In this document: piece after piece, positions 23,785-37,881 of the stretch | Numbering within the stretch: the first letter of the stretch is position 1 | Layout: each line of letters starts with the position of its first letter | Assembly (NCBI RefSeq): GCF_001194135.2 | Contig: NC_068985.1 | Coordinates: 29,102,361-29,161,980, forward strand | DNA: 59,620 nucleotides | Reading direction: 5' to 3' | Origin: Octopus bimaculoides | Lineage: Eukaryota | Translations under genes and position numbers: made by a program | Notes under the pieces: model-generated | What the model saw: only the letters and a program-made list of their open reading frames with translations | Database searches by the model: none | Told to the model about the DNA's origin: nothing

Positions 23785-25719
23785 AAAACTTTGCAATAAA
23801 AGGATAATGGTGAAGTGATCTCATGTGGGAATCAAACTATGTGTATGCGCGTGCGAGCAATGAATTTGATCAAAATGCTGTGATACCACGAGCGGAGAGG
23901 GATAACAGTTCGTTGTCTGAAATGAGTCATTCAATTAAGTTATTGTCTACAATGAGCCTTCCTAGTCCTTGTAAAAGGTTGCAGTAGCAGGATTGCTACT
24001 AATGAGGACATAGCAACAAACAGCCTAATTTCTTCCCCTCAGAGAATGAAATACTTTAAAGTCTATACAGGCTTGCGGTGGTGGAATTATTAATCCAATA
24101 TTCGGTGGGGAAATGTCCCAGTATAAGAACAAGGAGCAATTATTCCCCCATTTGGACCAACATACGATATGGTACCAGAGCAAATATTATATATTCATAA
24201 ACCAGTTTTTTTAATCAAAAGAAGAAAAACGAGTAATCATCAAGTTTCGTGTCCCATATTAAATGAAGTATAAACAAAGTGATATTCATATATTTACAAT
24301 AATGTTTCTAGAAATATGAGGCGAAAGAACACTCCTTCATATAAGTAACAAAAAAAGATTATGGAATAAAATCCTTTCAATATGTCATTAGTCATTTTTT
24401 TACATATGACCGCAGATGAACAATATATCGCCTTTTATATAGGAGTTCTTACACCAATCAATACCGCATATAATACAATATATATATATATACATATATA
24501 TACACACACACGCATACACACGTGTGTATCATTATACATCTAAGCATAAATATTGCGTTGTAGAATGTGTTTCTTCAATAAAATTGTTGTTTTTTTTTTT
24601 GTTTGCTTTTGTCTTTAATTCATTTCGTACTCAGTTAGGCGGGGGGGGGCGAATCTCGATTACCAAAACAGTGGTTTGTTACCAGAGTCTTATTGTTCAG
24701 TATTTTTTTAGACTATTCATACCAGAAATTCGTTCTCTTCACAAACAATGCATATTTAGTTATGAAATATCGAAATACGCATGGTATTAACAACAACGAG
24801 GTAATAAGATGGATTAAATGAAAATACAGACAAGATTACGATCCTTCGGTACCAAGAATTATTCACCATTATCAGAGCATGTATTAGCATAAACTCTGTG
24901 GAGAAATAACACAGAAACCACAATAAAACAGAAAGAAAGAAGAAAAATTCAGAGTCATACATGTTTGCCCAGTGGCTCTTTATCAGAGACCGTGGGTGAA
25001 AACTGAAACAATTACATAGTAGAAGAATTCACAGAATCTACTATTTTGACTTTTGTTTATTTCTTAATAGAATAGCCTATTATGAAGCATCAAAAAGTTT
25101 CGTCGCCCTTCTGCGACCTGGGAACAATTCCACTTATATACTTTCATAGTGACTTGAATTAATTTTATTCCGGGTCTTTATTATTATTTTTTTTTTTTTC
25201 ACGTTAAACTTGTTTACACGCAAAACCCTCACAACACACATATTCTTTGTTTTATCCTGTACCGTCCATAATGTTTTTCTTAAATTAATTCCTTTGCGGT
25301 CAATAAAGAAATCATTATAACTTTGCCTTTTCTCCTTTCGGGGTCGATAAAATAAATACTCAGTCAAGTACTGGGGGGGTCAAAATAATCGACTAGTCCC
25401 CTTCCTGAAAATTTCAGGCCTTGTGCCTTTAGTAGAAAGGGCTATTATTATTATCTCTTAATTGATTTGCTTACATGCCTGATATGCGGTGGGACAGTCA
25501 GCCATCTGATGGAAAAAGTGAAACGGAATTCAATACTTTATAAACGAACCAATAAATGCAACAGATTTCTGTGTTCGTTCTTAAATAACTAAAATGATCC
25601 TTCAAGGGTGTGTAAAAAGAATTCTGATAGAACGATAATAATTAAAAATTATTAAAAAAAAAAAAAGCATTGAGAAAATCCAATCAAATAAATAAAAATT
25701 ATGCCAGCTTGTAACTTAC

Positions 25720-25755
25720 CCCTGAGTTCCCAGTGTTATCTGCTAAACTGACCAT
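25720..25755 (-). other. Candidate upstream exon end (donor GG|GTAAGT; short ORF MVSLADNTGNSG)
   Basis: Strong donor in non-repetitive CpG-richer sequence; coding versus UTR status unresolved. Confidence 0.3.
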
Positions 25756-26477
25756 GACGGAATGAAAGTGTGGTATAAATAGGGTACAGGGTGGCAATCA
25801 ACAAGAACTGTTGAAGCACGTTACACGGTAACTAGGCGGAATACTTACAGTCATATGATTACAGAGATTGGAGAGCTTCAATAAGGGGGGGGGGATAACA
25901 GAGTTCTCTCCCCTCGTTGAACACAACTTTTTGGGAGGTGGGAACATCGTAGCAAGTTATTCAGCTTGCTTTGTTTTTACTTTATTTTATTGTTGTAATT
26001 TTAGGTATATAGTGTACTCGCATGTTTCTCAGCCTCTTGAAAGTGAAAGTATTTACCATGTCAAATGTAGATGCCTTAAAGCTGCTGACTGTCACACGTT
26101 CGATAATACATGAAATCAATTATTTGCACAACTGGTAGTTTTCCCTTGCGGAAATGTACATGTTCCCAATGGCAATTCCTTGCGACAAACTTTTTTGGTG
26201 TACTTCCATAAGTATCTATACGATGCAGGTCTTATTTTTACAGATTTTTCACATTCAATACTCATATCTCACTACAATGCATTTACAAATACTTTATACG
26301 TTAGTAGTGAGGAAATGCTTGCTGTCATAAGAAATAACAGTTCCCTGAATATTTCTGTGCCTCCCTTTTAATAACAGGCATCTCCAAACCTAATTAAATT
26401 ACCTACGAAAGGGAAGCTGTCATCTACGTTATGACAGATCAAGGATTTTAGTTTAATTACTCATCTACCACATCTGG

Positions 26478-26820
26478 GTGGAGGCGCAATGGCCCAGTGG
26501 TTAGGGCAGCGGACTCGCGGTTTCGATTCCCAGACCGGGCGTTGTGAGTGTTTATTGAGCGAAAACACCTAAAGCTCCACGAGGCTCAGGCAGGGGATGG
26601 TGGCGAACTCTGCTGTACTCTTCCCCCACAACTTTCTCTCACTCTTACTTCCTGTTTTTGTTGTGCCTGTAATTCACGCTGAATATCTCCGAGAACTACG
26701 TTAAAGGTACACGTGTCTGTGGAGTGTTCAGCCACTTGCACGTTAATTTCACGAGCAGGCTGTTCCGTTGATCGGATCAACTGGAACCCTCGACGTCGTA
26801 AGCGACGGAGTGCCAACAAC
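26478..26820 (+). mobile_element. SINE family E copy
   Basis: Matches 14879-15267; flanked by an ACATCTG direct repeat. Confidence 0.9.
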
Positions 26821-27343
26821 ATCTGAATTCCTGATTTTAAAGGCTACCTGTTTCTTATCACAGCACACCAACACACTTCGCTTTTCATTTCTGTTAATGC
26901 TGACTCATTTGTAAATTATCCTTTCTAGTATATCAGAATGTAAGTGTATTCAAAAAGGATTACTAATGCACTCTTATGTTTTTTTAACTACTTAGCATTT
27001 TCCAAACTGCTGAGTAAACATAGTAAGCAGTCACGTAGACATGTATCATTCAATTTATCAATGTTAAATTTTACTTTAACATAATATTGAACATGACTGT
27101 ATCAGAGACATACACATATGTACTTGCATTAATTCAGTGAAAACGAACGTAATTTATACAGTAAGCACTAATATAATGGAGAAAAAAGAAAATTAATAAG
27201 TCATTGAAATAGAGTATTACATCGCACCAGGGGAAATTGGTGTTCCTCTCAAAAGAAATTTCAGACAACCACAAAACACGACAATATCACAAGTGATTGC
27301 AAGACTGAGATATTGAGACAACAGGCACATTCCTGAACATCAT

Positions 27344-27590
27344 CTGATATACCCTCCAGCCTTCATCAGGTGTCTTGAAGAAATTTTGAACCTGGGTTCT
27401 CATTCCTAAGGTATTTTTCGATGTTGTTATTATTATTATTATTATTCAAGTCTCTGCCTGGAATTGAACTCGGAATCTTGGGGTTAGCACACGCTCTTAA
27501 CCACTATGCCATATTCCTGTGGGTTGGAGGGTATATCAGCCTAAACGTGTTAACAACAAACAAGATGAGGACAAATATCTGTCGAGTGCT
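27344..27590. mobile_element. SINE family F copy with inverted 5' part (27344-27515 minus; 27526-27590 plus)
   Basis: Minus part has A box TGGCATAGTGG, B box GTTCAATTCC, (TAA)n and CTGATGA; plus part continues the 3' end; GGAGGGTATATCAG is present in both parts. Confidence 0.7.
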
Positions 27591-28259
27591 AACAGCACCA
27601 TTCCAAGCGTGATCATTGCCAGAACCTTTCCTTCATTGGGCACTAAACCCTGCTTGCGAAGACCTGTTGAGGCAAGTGAAATCGAAATCGAACCAAATTA
27701 GATGACTGGCACCCATGCCAGTGGAGCTCTAACAGCACCATCCAAGCGTGATCATTGCCAAAGCAGCTGTATGGCTTCCGTACCGGTGGCACGTAAAAAG
27801 CACCATTTTAGCATGATCGTTACCAGTGTCACCTTATTGGCACTTGTGCTGGTGGCACGTGAAAAAACGTTGGACTGGCTCCTGTGCAGGTGGCACGTAA
27901 AAAACACCATTTGAGCATGGCCGTTGCCAGTACCGCCTGACTGGCCTTTCGTGCACGTAAAAGCACCCACTACACTCTCGGAGTGGTTGGCATCAGGAAG
28001 GGCATCCAGCTGTAGAAACTCTGCCAGATCAGATTGAAGCCTGGTGCAGCCATCTGGTTTGCTAGTCCTCAGTCAAATCATCCAACCCATGCTAGCATGG
28101 AAAGTGGACTTTAAACGATGATGATGATGATGTAAATAATGTACATAATTCTTCATCTCTTAAATATAGAACAATATCTGGTTTTGTCATGTATTACAAC
28201 ACATCAGTCAAAAGTCATGTGCACGGCTCCCTACTAGAACAATTCCAATTAACATATGG

Positions 28260-28560
28260 GTTAGTCTACATTACTCTGTAGTAATGCCGTGCGCATGCGT
28301 GGAATTCAACATCCAAGCTTTCCCGCTTTATTCTGTCTCTTTCTTGCTGGCCAGCGATTGAGCATGGATGTGTCTAGTTCGCTCCATCTTTCGAACTTAC
28401 GCTAGACAGCTCACATCAACATACCGATGTCCCAACAACCATGCTCTCTCACACAGAAGGCTACGACCACACACCGCTGTCACATCAACAACCAAGATTA
28501 AAGCTGTATATTTTCCACCATGAATAAATATTGTTGAGTTGATAGTCTGGTCAGCGTACC
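28260..28560. promoter_or_regulatory. Candidate promoter / first-exon region, possibly bidirectional
   Basis: Non-repetitive, CpG retained, TGCGCATGCG (NRF1-like) at 28290-28299, minus-strand donor GC|GTAAGT at 28400; lies between the minus and plus candidate exon chains. Confidence 0.35.
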
Positions 28561-29004
28561 GTTTAATTCTTAATTTAATATAGGAAAGTCAGGTGTACAT
28601 CTAATGATGTATAACCCACTTTCCTATAGCTCCATTAGGAGCATATGGCTAGTTTCCCAGTTCCTCTGGTGTATGTATTCCTTTTTGGACAGTATGTTAA
28701 ACTGTTGCAGGATTCCTCATTTTTACCAGCTGAGTGGACTGGAACAACGTGAAATGAAGTGATTTGCTCAAGAACACAACACATCGCCTGGGCCAGGGAT
28801 CAAAGCCACAATCTTATAATCATGAGTCCAACACCCTAACCACAACCCATGCACCTCCACCTAACTAACCTATGATAAACAAAAATACAGAATCAACAGG
28901 AACTGAAGATGTATTTTGAATTTGGCTTCTTTACAGATCTCTTCTTACTTTACTATATCGACTAAGAATTCAAATGATTTTTGTCCATTTTCTTTCTTTC
29001 TCAC

Positions 29005-29005
29005 C

Positions 29006-29077
<72 letters not shown>

Positions 29078-29101
29078 CTATCTATCTCTCTCTCTCTCTC
29101 T
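29005..29101. repeat. (CT)n microsatellite
   Basis: Direct reading. Confidence 0.95.
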
Positions 29102-30126
29102 ATCATTTTTGTTACTAAACAAGAACCACACCTACTTTAATAATTTCTGTATTATATGTTTTTGAAATACATTAAATATTTTTCTTGCCAAATACTAAAT
29201 ACAAAGTAACCATTTTCAAAAATTTACTCTACTTTTAGTGTTCTGTGTAGAGGAATGTGACAGTGTTTAGGGTTGTAGATATATGATAAACAAACTTCAT
29301 ACAGTTAACTGTTTTAAAAAGTATATGAAAAAAAGCAAATGTGTAATTTGAAAACGGTATTTAATTGTATGTGCATTTTAGATGCATAAGACAACTCTAC
29401 TAAGATGTAACATTTCACACCAAAATATCTTTTAACCAAAAGATGAGGTGGTCATGGCTGGAATGTCTATCAATATAGGTTTGCTTCATTAGACCTGGCC
29501 TAGGGCTGGAAACAACTACACACATATGCAGACATATGTATAAATACATGCAGTTATGTTTTTCAGAGATTCAAATCATTATATTTATATAATCATATCA
29601 TCGTATTTAACACTTATGGCACCATAAATATTAGGTATTACAAAAGAGTTAAATATCTTAGCAAACAAATACCAGAAAGAAATAGGAAATCTTTTATTTG
29701 TTTCAGTCAATTGACCACTGCCATGCTGGGGCACTGCCTTGAAGGGTTTCAGCCAAACAAATTGACCAGAGGACTTATATATATNNNNNNNNNNNNNNNN
29801 NNNNNNNNNNNNNNNNNNNNNNNNNNNNNNNNNNNNNNNNNNNNNNNNNNNNNNNNNNNNNNNNNNNNNNNNNNNNNNNNNNNNNNNNNNNNNNNNNNNN
29901 NNNNNNNNNNNNNNNNNNNNNNNNNNNNNNNNNNNNNNNNNNNNNNNNNNNNNNNNNNNNNNNNNNNNNNNNNNNNNNNNNNNNNNNNNNNNNNNNNNNN
30001 NNNNNCTTATTCTATCAGTTCTTTTGCCAAACCGCTAAGTTACGGGGACGTAAACACACCAGCATCGGTTGTCAAGTGATGTTGGGAGTGGGGGACAAAC
30101 ACAGACACAGAAACATACACACACAC

Positions 30127-30163
<37 letters not shown>

Positions 30164-30676
30164 CGATGGGCTTCTTTCAGTTTCCATCTGCCAAATCCAC
30201 TCACAAGGCTTTGGTCGGCCCGATGCTATAGTAGAAGACACTTGCCCAAAGTGCCACGCAGTGGGACTGAACCCGGAACCATGTGGTTGGTAAGCAAGCT
30301 ACTTACCACACAGCCAATATATACATGTCATGGGCTTCATTCAGTTTCCATCTACCAAATCTACTCATGTGGCTTTGGTCAGCCCAAAAGCTATAGTACA
30401 AGACACTTGCCCAAGGTGTCAGACAGTGGAATTGAACCTAGAACCATGTGGTTGAGAAGCAAGCTTCTTGCCACACAGCCATGACTGCACCTGATTTTTG
30501 GCTAAGCAAAAATTTCGGATTCATGAAGATGATGTGACTGTGTGATATCCACGATTTTTCACATCAACATCATCAATGTCAGCCAAATCAAACGGTTAGA
30601 CTTTGCTCCCTGACACATAATGGGGACTCTGAAAGCAATGATGTGAACTCTTTCACCACATCAGTGAGAACATTAA

Positions 30677-30893
30677 CCTTTTAGCATTCATATTTCTCTG
30701 TCAAATCCAACACTTAATTATTCACATTGTTTTGAATTATTCATGCATTATGATGTAGCTTTGAGATTTTGATGATGCATTTGTTTGTTTTTAGAACGAC
30801 ATTGTTGAGCAGGTGTGATATGAATCTGGTGAGTTTGAACATAAAGCAGACAGAATATTTTAGCCAGGTATGGCCACTTTAAAGGCTAAAGGG
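30677..30893. mobile_element. Intact piggyBac-like MITE (217 bp)
   Basis: TTAA TSD at 30673-30676 and 30894-30897; TIR CCTTTTAGC / GCTAAAGGG. Confidence 0.85.
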
Positions 30894-32365
30894 TTAAAGA
30901 GCTTCATGACCTATAATGATTACAGAAATAGGTGTATGTAAAAGAGATACAAGTAGCTTATACTGCCTGTCAGTGAACACAGCACAGTTAAAATCTGTAA
31001 AATACAGACCTGGTCCTCCAAGCTGTTAGTTAGGTGTGAAACAGAAAGCAAAGCAAACATTAGAGACCCCATACCTCCTTTGTTCACTGAGGGAAATATT
31101 GATTACAACTATATATAGTTACTATATATTTGGACTTTGCTAAACCAGTTAGTCTAATTTGCATAACAATGCTTTTGTTGAACAAATAATTAATTAGTTA
31201 ATGATGCACAATTAGCGATGCACTAAACAACATATGTTGGATAATTTGAAATATCTTTTCTACTAAAGGCGCAAGGCCTGAAATTTTGTGGGAGGAGACT
31301 AGTTAATTACATCGCCTCCAGTGTTTCACTGGTACTTAATTCATTGACCCAGAAATGATAAAAGGTAAAGTCAACCTTGGTGGAATTTGAACTCTGAATG
31401 TAGCAACCGGTAAAATACCATCAAGCATTTCACCCGGCATGCTAACGATTCTGCCAGTTCACCATCTTAGGATAATTTGAAATATAAAGTAAGGTACACT
31501 TTATGATAAACAAGTGTGTGAACCATAACACACAGGAAAAATTAGTAAATGTGTTTTATCTCTCCAACGACAGAAAAAGGTGTTTGGCCTAATAATTATT
31601 TTTGCATATTAGAATTTCATTAGAAACCATGCACTCATTTCATCTAGCAAAACAAGACATCATTTAGCAAAATGATATACAATCGATAAGCAGAGACAGA
31701 ACAACTATGAATTGGCTATAAAAGAGTACTATACAGATGAGAAATTTTGGAAAAACAAGTTTGGATCTTAGATCTTGGATGACATAAAACAGCAGCAAAG
31801 CCAACCAATGACAAATAGAACAACACTAATGAAATGGTAGACAATTCCTTAATAAAACAATATTAGAAACCAAGGATGAAAACGACAGCCACAGCAAAAG
31901 AATGAACTTATTACAATGTATATAAAAACCAACCTGAAATACTGAAAGAAAGCAGTTCTCAGGGGTGGGAAACTTGAGTCATGAGAAAAAAGAATTCAGT
32001 CAAAATAAACAAGGTACTCCAAATGAAATATTGAGTATTCTCTTCCCGGTTCATTGACTGAATGTAACATTTAAATGTATATGCATACATATATATATAT
32101 ATATATTATTTATTTATGCACCCTTTTAAAGCCTAGCCAGGCTCATGGACCCGGTTTCTATGGCGTATGTGTTCTTCCAGCTGGACGGGATGCTAGTGTT
32201 ACTCAAGAAACAGGAAGATAGAGTGAGAGAAAGTTGGGGCGAAAGAGTACAACAGGGGTCGCCACCACCCACTGCCAGTGTTTTCGCTCAATAAACACAC
32301 ACAACGCCCGGTCTGGGAATTGAAACCATGAGTCCGCTGCCCTAACCACTGGGCCATTGCGCCTC

Positions 32366-32396
<31 letters not shown>

Positions 32397-32409
32397 ACAC
32401 ATATATATA

Positions 32410-32820
32410 TATCCACTGGGTGGGACACATGCACTGGATGCCTGATTGGAGGTTACTGAAAGATATACTGTATGAGCTAGCTGCCAGCAGACGTGCTCGT
32501 GGATGACCACATCTCCATTTCAAGGATGTGTGCAAACATGACATGAGTATGAATACCAAAACCTGGGAGAACATGGCAAAAGACCGTTCCTGCTGGAGAC
32601 AGATGTTGAGTACCACCCTGAGGGAAGGAGAAGATCACATACGTCAGACAACAGAGGACAGACAGAGATGCAGGAAGACCGAACCACCAACAAACGACCA
32701 ACCACATTTGCAGCCATGACTGTCACTCACGCATTGGCCTTGTCAGTCACAAGCATTGCTGCAACACTAATCCAATCCAAGGCGTAGATCCATAATCTTT
32801 CGAGACTAACGGATGCTAAT
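32410..32820 (+). mobile_element. RTE-clade LINE 3' end (decayed)
   Basis: HWVGHMHWMPDWRLLKDILY..FKDVCKHDM..TWENMAKDRSCWR..SRIGLVSH, then an RTE-type 3' UTR ..CGAGACTAACGGATGC. Confidence 0.85.
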
Positions 32821-35315
32821 CATATATATATATCACACATAGATACATGTAGATACATACATTCCGTTGATGTTGAAATTCCAATGAAGGACCCTTGGAT
32901 CTAGGTTAAAAACCATTTTGTTCTCTATTGGCAAGAACTTTTGAAATAAATTGAATAATGACATGCATACACATCACAGATCTGATTGTGTTATCAAGAG
33001 GTTTGCTTTGCAGCCATATCGTTTCAGGGTGAATCCCTTAATATTGAATGTTGGTCAAATGTCTTTTATGGAAGCCTTAGGCTGACCAATACCTTGAAAT
33101 GGAAATTTTGGGTAGATAAAAACTGTATGGAAGATCGTCTTTTGTGTGTGTACATACGCCAGTATCTTCACAATGATAGTGCTATGGCATTAAGAATGTT
33201 GCTTATGTCCCCATTAACAAAATGTCTCTTTCAGCATTTTGTTAAGCAAAGATTTGGAATACATATTTACTTAAAAACAAGTATGTGTTGGTGTCAAAAA
33301 GAGCAACTGACCCGAGAATACAGCCTTGAGAAATTTCATCCAACTCATGCTATATTTGAAAAAACATAAAAGGCATAATGATATTCACGTATGAGTATTA
33401 AATCTCCTTCACATCACACTCTAGTTTTCTAATAAACATACTTGGATATATAAGCATATAAGTAGATATGTAAATGTGTGTGCATGTGTTGTGTGAGTGC
33501 TTGCAAAGGGAGGAAGAGAAAGAAAGAAGCAGATTTAAATAAGCTGCTTGTTTCTTTTTATCTTATTTATAATCTTAATCAGAACTAAATACTTAGTCTT
33601 GATTGTGGATAGGTATTAAATTGGTAGCCATAGGCTATAACCAAAACTTAAAAACTCTCTATAAAATCTTATGCAAAGACAAATATGTAAAGCTTAAAAC
33701 ATGTAAGGAAGAAACTGTTTAAACAGCTTTCCATTTTCATATCAACAATACTCAAGAGTGATAAACAAAATGGTTGCCCAGCAGTCCTTATGCTTGAAGA
33801 GCATAGTTATGCCCCTTTATGTAATGGGCCATATGTAGATTTGATGTTTAACTTTGCCCTTCACCTTTTTGGAGTTGATAAAATATGTATTTGTTGTCGT
33901 TGTTGTTGTTGTTACTGTTGCTACTACAGCTGTTGCTCAAAACCATTCAAGATAAGATAATCCTGCTTTTTCTATCCCCCACCCGTCAATATAGTATATC
34001 TAGGACTACATTCTGTGTGATTCAAGAAAAAATGTTGTTGCTATATGCTGTTGGTTAAACAATCACTTAAAAAAACGCCTTCATTCTATGTACTGTTCAT
34101 ACAGTTTTGGTTAAGTTTTTTGATGAGTTGTAATGCACCTGAGCACTGTATACAATAAGTTCATTTCATTATATCATCATCATCATCATCGTTTAACGTC
34201 CGCTTTCCATGCTAACATGGGTTGGACGATTTGACTGAGGACTGGTGAACCAGATGGCTACACCAGGCTCCAATCTGATTTGGCAGAGTTTTTACAGCTG
34301 GATGCCCTTCCTAACGCCAACCACTCCAAGAGTGTAGTGGGTGCTTTTATGTGCCATTGGCACGAAGGCCAGTCAGGCGGTACTGATATCATATATATAT
34401 ATACGGGGCTCATTTATTTAGCTGTAGTCATCATCATCATCATCATCATCATCATTATCATCATCATCAACATCATCGTTTAACGTCCGTTTTCCATGCT
34501 AGCATGGGTTGGACGGTTCGACCGGGGTCTGGGAAGCCAGGAGGCTGCACCAGGCTTCAGTCTGATCTGGCAGTGCTTCTACAGCTGAATGCCCTTCCTA
34601 ACGCCAGCCATTCTTTAAGTGTAGTGGGTGCTTTTTATGTGCCACCAGCACACAGGCCAGAGGAAGGTGGCAACAGCCACGATCGGTTGGTGCTTTTTAC
34701 GTGCCACCGGCACAGGGGCCCATGGAGGCTGGCAACGGCCATGATCAGTTGGTGCCTTTTACGTGCCACCAGCACGGAAGCCAGTCAAGGCTGCAGTGGC
34801 ATCAGCCACGTTTGGATGGTGCTTTTTATGTGCCACCGGCACATTGCATAATCTGCTAACAGGTACTGATTTTTGTTGTAAACAGGCACTGATTTACATA
34901 TTCTTTAATTCTTTTACTAGTTTCACTCATTCAGTAACAGCCATGAAGTTCATCATCTTGAAGGACTGAAATGTATTATTTCTATTTTTGAAATCAGTGA
35001 ATGTGTTTCACTAGAATTATTATAGGTATACCAGAACTTGACAGGCATCTCCAGCTAGCAAGCCATTGCTACTCCAGATTGATGACGAGCAAAGACTCAG
35101 AAACATGTCTCTGGATGCAGGCTTAGCTAAGTGGAGGTGCTTGTCTTCCCCTTGTAAACAAGGACACAGGAGATGTCTCAAGGCCGACAGGAATCTACCC
35201 CCACAAATGACCAACAATAACAATTGAATAAATCTATTTATTGGCTTGCAACTTGCAATTTGTAATTTATCACAATATCTTATCGATTATTATAATATTG
35301 AGTATAATACACGAG

Positions 35316-35379
35316 CTATAATGAATGTGATTGCAAACTCAAATTTTACACCAGCTTCTGTGGTGTTCCTCTGAGCAAG
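35316..35379 (+). CDS. Candidate exon (YNECDCKLKFYTSFCGVPLSK)
   Basis: Donor AAG|GTAAAT; weak acceptor; joins 36048 in phase 0. Confidence 0.3.
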
Positions 35380-36047
35380 GTAAATAACTCTGCATCCTCT
35401 TAATCATATTCTTTTCTACTCTAGGCACAAGGCCCGAAATTTCGAGGGAGTAGGGCCAGTCGATTAGATCGACTCTAGTACGCAACTGGTATTTAATTTA
35501 TCGACCCCGAAANNNNNNNNNNNNNNNNNNNNNNNNNNNNNNNNNNNNNNNNNNNNNNNNNNNNNNNNNNNNNNNNNNNNNNNNNNNNNNNNNNNNNNNN
35601 NNNNNNNNNNNNNNNNNNNNNNNNNNNNNNNNNNNNNNNNNNNNNNNNNNNNNNNNNNNNNNNNNNNNNNNNNNNNNNNNNNNNNNNNNNNNNNNNNNNN
35701 NNNNNNNNNNNNNNNNNNTCCTCTTATTCATATTGTAAGAAAATACAGGCATACCTCAACTTACTTTGTTTCGATTACCATTTTTTTTTTTTTTGACTTT
35801 ACGTTGTTTTTCCAAAGATATTAATAAAAAAAAAAATAATAATAAAACTCAACTTCAGTCGGTTTATCTGACTTGATGTTGAACTCAGAAAATATATTTA
35901 AAGGCATAAAAATCTAATTTTAAAAAAGTTCTAAAACCAAAGTGGAAAATCAAATAAAATACGTGAAAATGTGTACAAAATATTTATTAAAACATTTACA
36001 AGTTGACAGATATTTCAAAATGTTTTCCATGTTACATTGTTTTTCAG

Positions 36048-36080
36048 GTTGAGTTTCATATCCTGGAACCAGTTGCCGAT
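36048..36080 (+). CDS. Candidate 33-nt exon (VEFHILEPVAD)
   Basis: Acceptor ttacattgtttttcag, donor GTAAGC; a second frame is also open. Confidence 0.45.
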
Positions 36081-37652
36081 GTAAGCTAAGGTACACTTGT
36101 ATCTAGTTAACACAGGACATCTAAGATGAAACAGCAACATCAGTGAAATTTACTTGTAGAACTTACTGACTGAGAATAATTCCCCCTTTAAAGCCATGAT
36201 ATCAACCGAATTTCTTGTTATTCTTGCTGTATATGTCCCACAAGACCGCATATTAAGCAAAACTTAGGTCTCTGTGTCTAAGTCTTTCACAAATATAACT
36301 ACTAAGTTTTGAACAAAATGTTGAAACTTGAGCATTATTAGATACGGTTGGGTGTTTTAGAGTAGAGTTATTCCCCCTTTTTGCTGTTGACATCTGTTTT
36401 GCATGCTATTAATTAAAAGAGTATGTCGGGGGAAAAAAGGCCAGTAATTTTGGAAGAGGGGTCAGTCGATGACATCGACAGCCGTGGTCAATTTGTACTT
36501 ATATTATCGCCTTCGATAGGATAAAAAGCAAAGTCGACCTCGACGGAATTCGAACTCAGAACATAAAGACGAACGGAATGCTCCTAAGCATTTCGCCCAG
36601 TATACTAACGATTCTGTCTCCTCACCATCTTTATTACCGTTAATAATGTTCTATGAACACTAATAATGCTTTCACAGCGTTCATTATTGATTGCCAAGTA
36701 AATTGAACATGTATTAAACCCACCCACCCTCTCTCTTTATTTATTTCTCCGGTGGTTTTGGTGTTATGGCGGTTCTGATCAATAGTAGAGACAGTATTCT
36801 TTTCTACTCTAGGCACAAGGCACGGAATTTTGGGAGAGGGGGCCAGTCAATTAGATCGACCCCAGTACACAACTGGTACATAATTTATCAACCCTGAAAG
36901 GATGAAAGGCAAAGTCGTATATATGTATATATATGTATGTGTGTGTGTGTTTGTGTTTGTGCGTCTGTGTTTGTCCTCCCAACATCGCTTGACAACCGAT
37001 GCTGGTGTATTTACGGCCCCGTAACTTAGCGGTTCGGTAAAAGAGACCGATAGAATAAGTACTAGGCTTACAAAGAATAAGTCCTAGGGTCGATTTGCTC
37101 AACTAAAGGCAGTGCTCATGGCCGCAGTCAAATGACTGAAACAAGTAAAAGNNNNNNNNNNNNNNNNNNNNNNNNNNNNNNNNNNNNNNNNNNNNNNNNN
37201 NNNNNNNNNNNNNNNNNNNNNNNNNNNNNNNNNNNNNNNNNNNNNNNNNNNNNNNNNNNNNNNNNNNNNNNNNNNNNNNNNNNNNNNNNNNNNNNNNNNN
37301 NNNNNNNNNNNNNNNNNNNNNNNNNNNNNNNNNNNNNNNNNNNNNNNNNNNNNNNNNNNNNNNNNNNNNNNNNNNNNNNNNNNNNNNNNNNNNNNNNNNN
37401 NNNNNNNNNNNNNNNNNNNNNNNNNNNNNNNNNNNNNNNNNNNNNNNNNNNNNNNNNNNNNNNNNNNNNNNNNNNNNNNNNNNNNNNNNNNNNNNNNNNN
37501 NNNNNNNNNNNNNNNNNNNNNNNNNNNNNNNNNNNNNNNNNNNNNTAGAATAAAACGAATACTGGGCAACCAGTCTGCAATGTTAACAAGGCATGTAAGC
37601 ATCATATCACCATGTCTAACAGACCGTGACAAGTAAAGCCACGGAATATTAA

Positions 37653-37705
<53 letters not shown>

Positions 37706-37860
37706 ACACACGCATACATATATATGATGACCATCATGGTTTTTCTCTTACCCTTTTTCACCATTTTATCAGATACTTGTAATTCTTGTTGGCATTGATA
37801 CAAATACCAATTCTGTCTGTATGTGTATTTTGTGCATTCTATCTGTATGTGTATTTTCAG

Positions 37861-37881
37861 GAACCATGTGAAAATGTCTAA
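37861..37881 (+). CDS. Candidate terminal exon coding part (EPCENV*)
   Basis: Acceptor gtgtattttcag, then non-repetitive AT-rich sequence with AATAAA at 38180-38185. Confidence 0.25.
   Translation, partial: EPCENV

Noticed and set aside
27710-27965. Regular repeats of about 60 bp as a CRISPR array
   Set aside because: Eukaryotic context, units are contiguous and diverged with no unique spacers, no cas genes, and the same array recurs in dispersed SINE copies
32986-33369. 127-aa plus-strand ORF, the longest non-repeat ORF
   Set aside because: GTG/TTG-type start, no recognisable motif; the opposite strand has an SQGCILG segment suggestive of decayed RT
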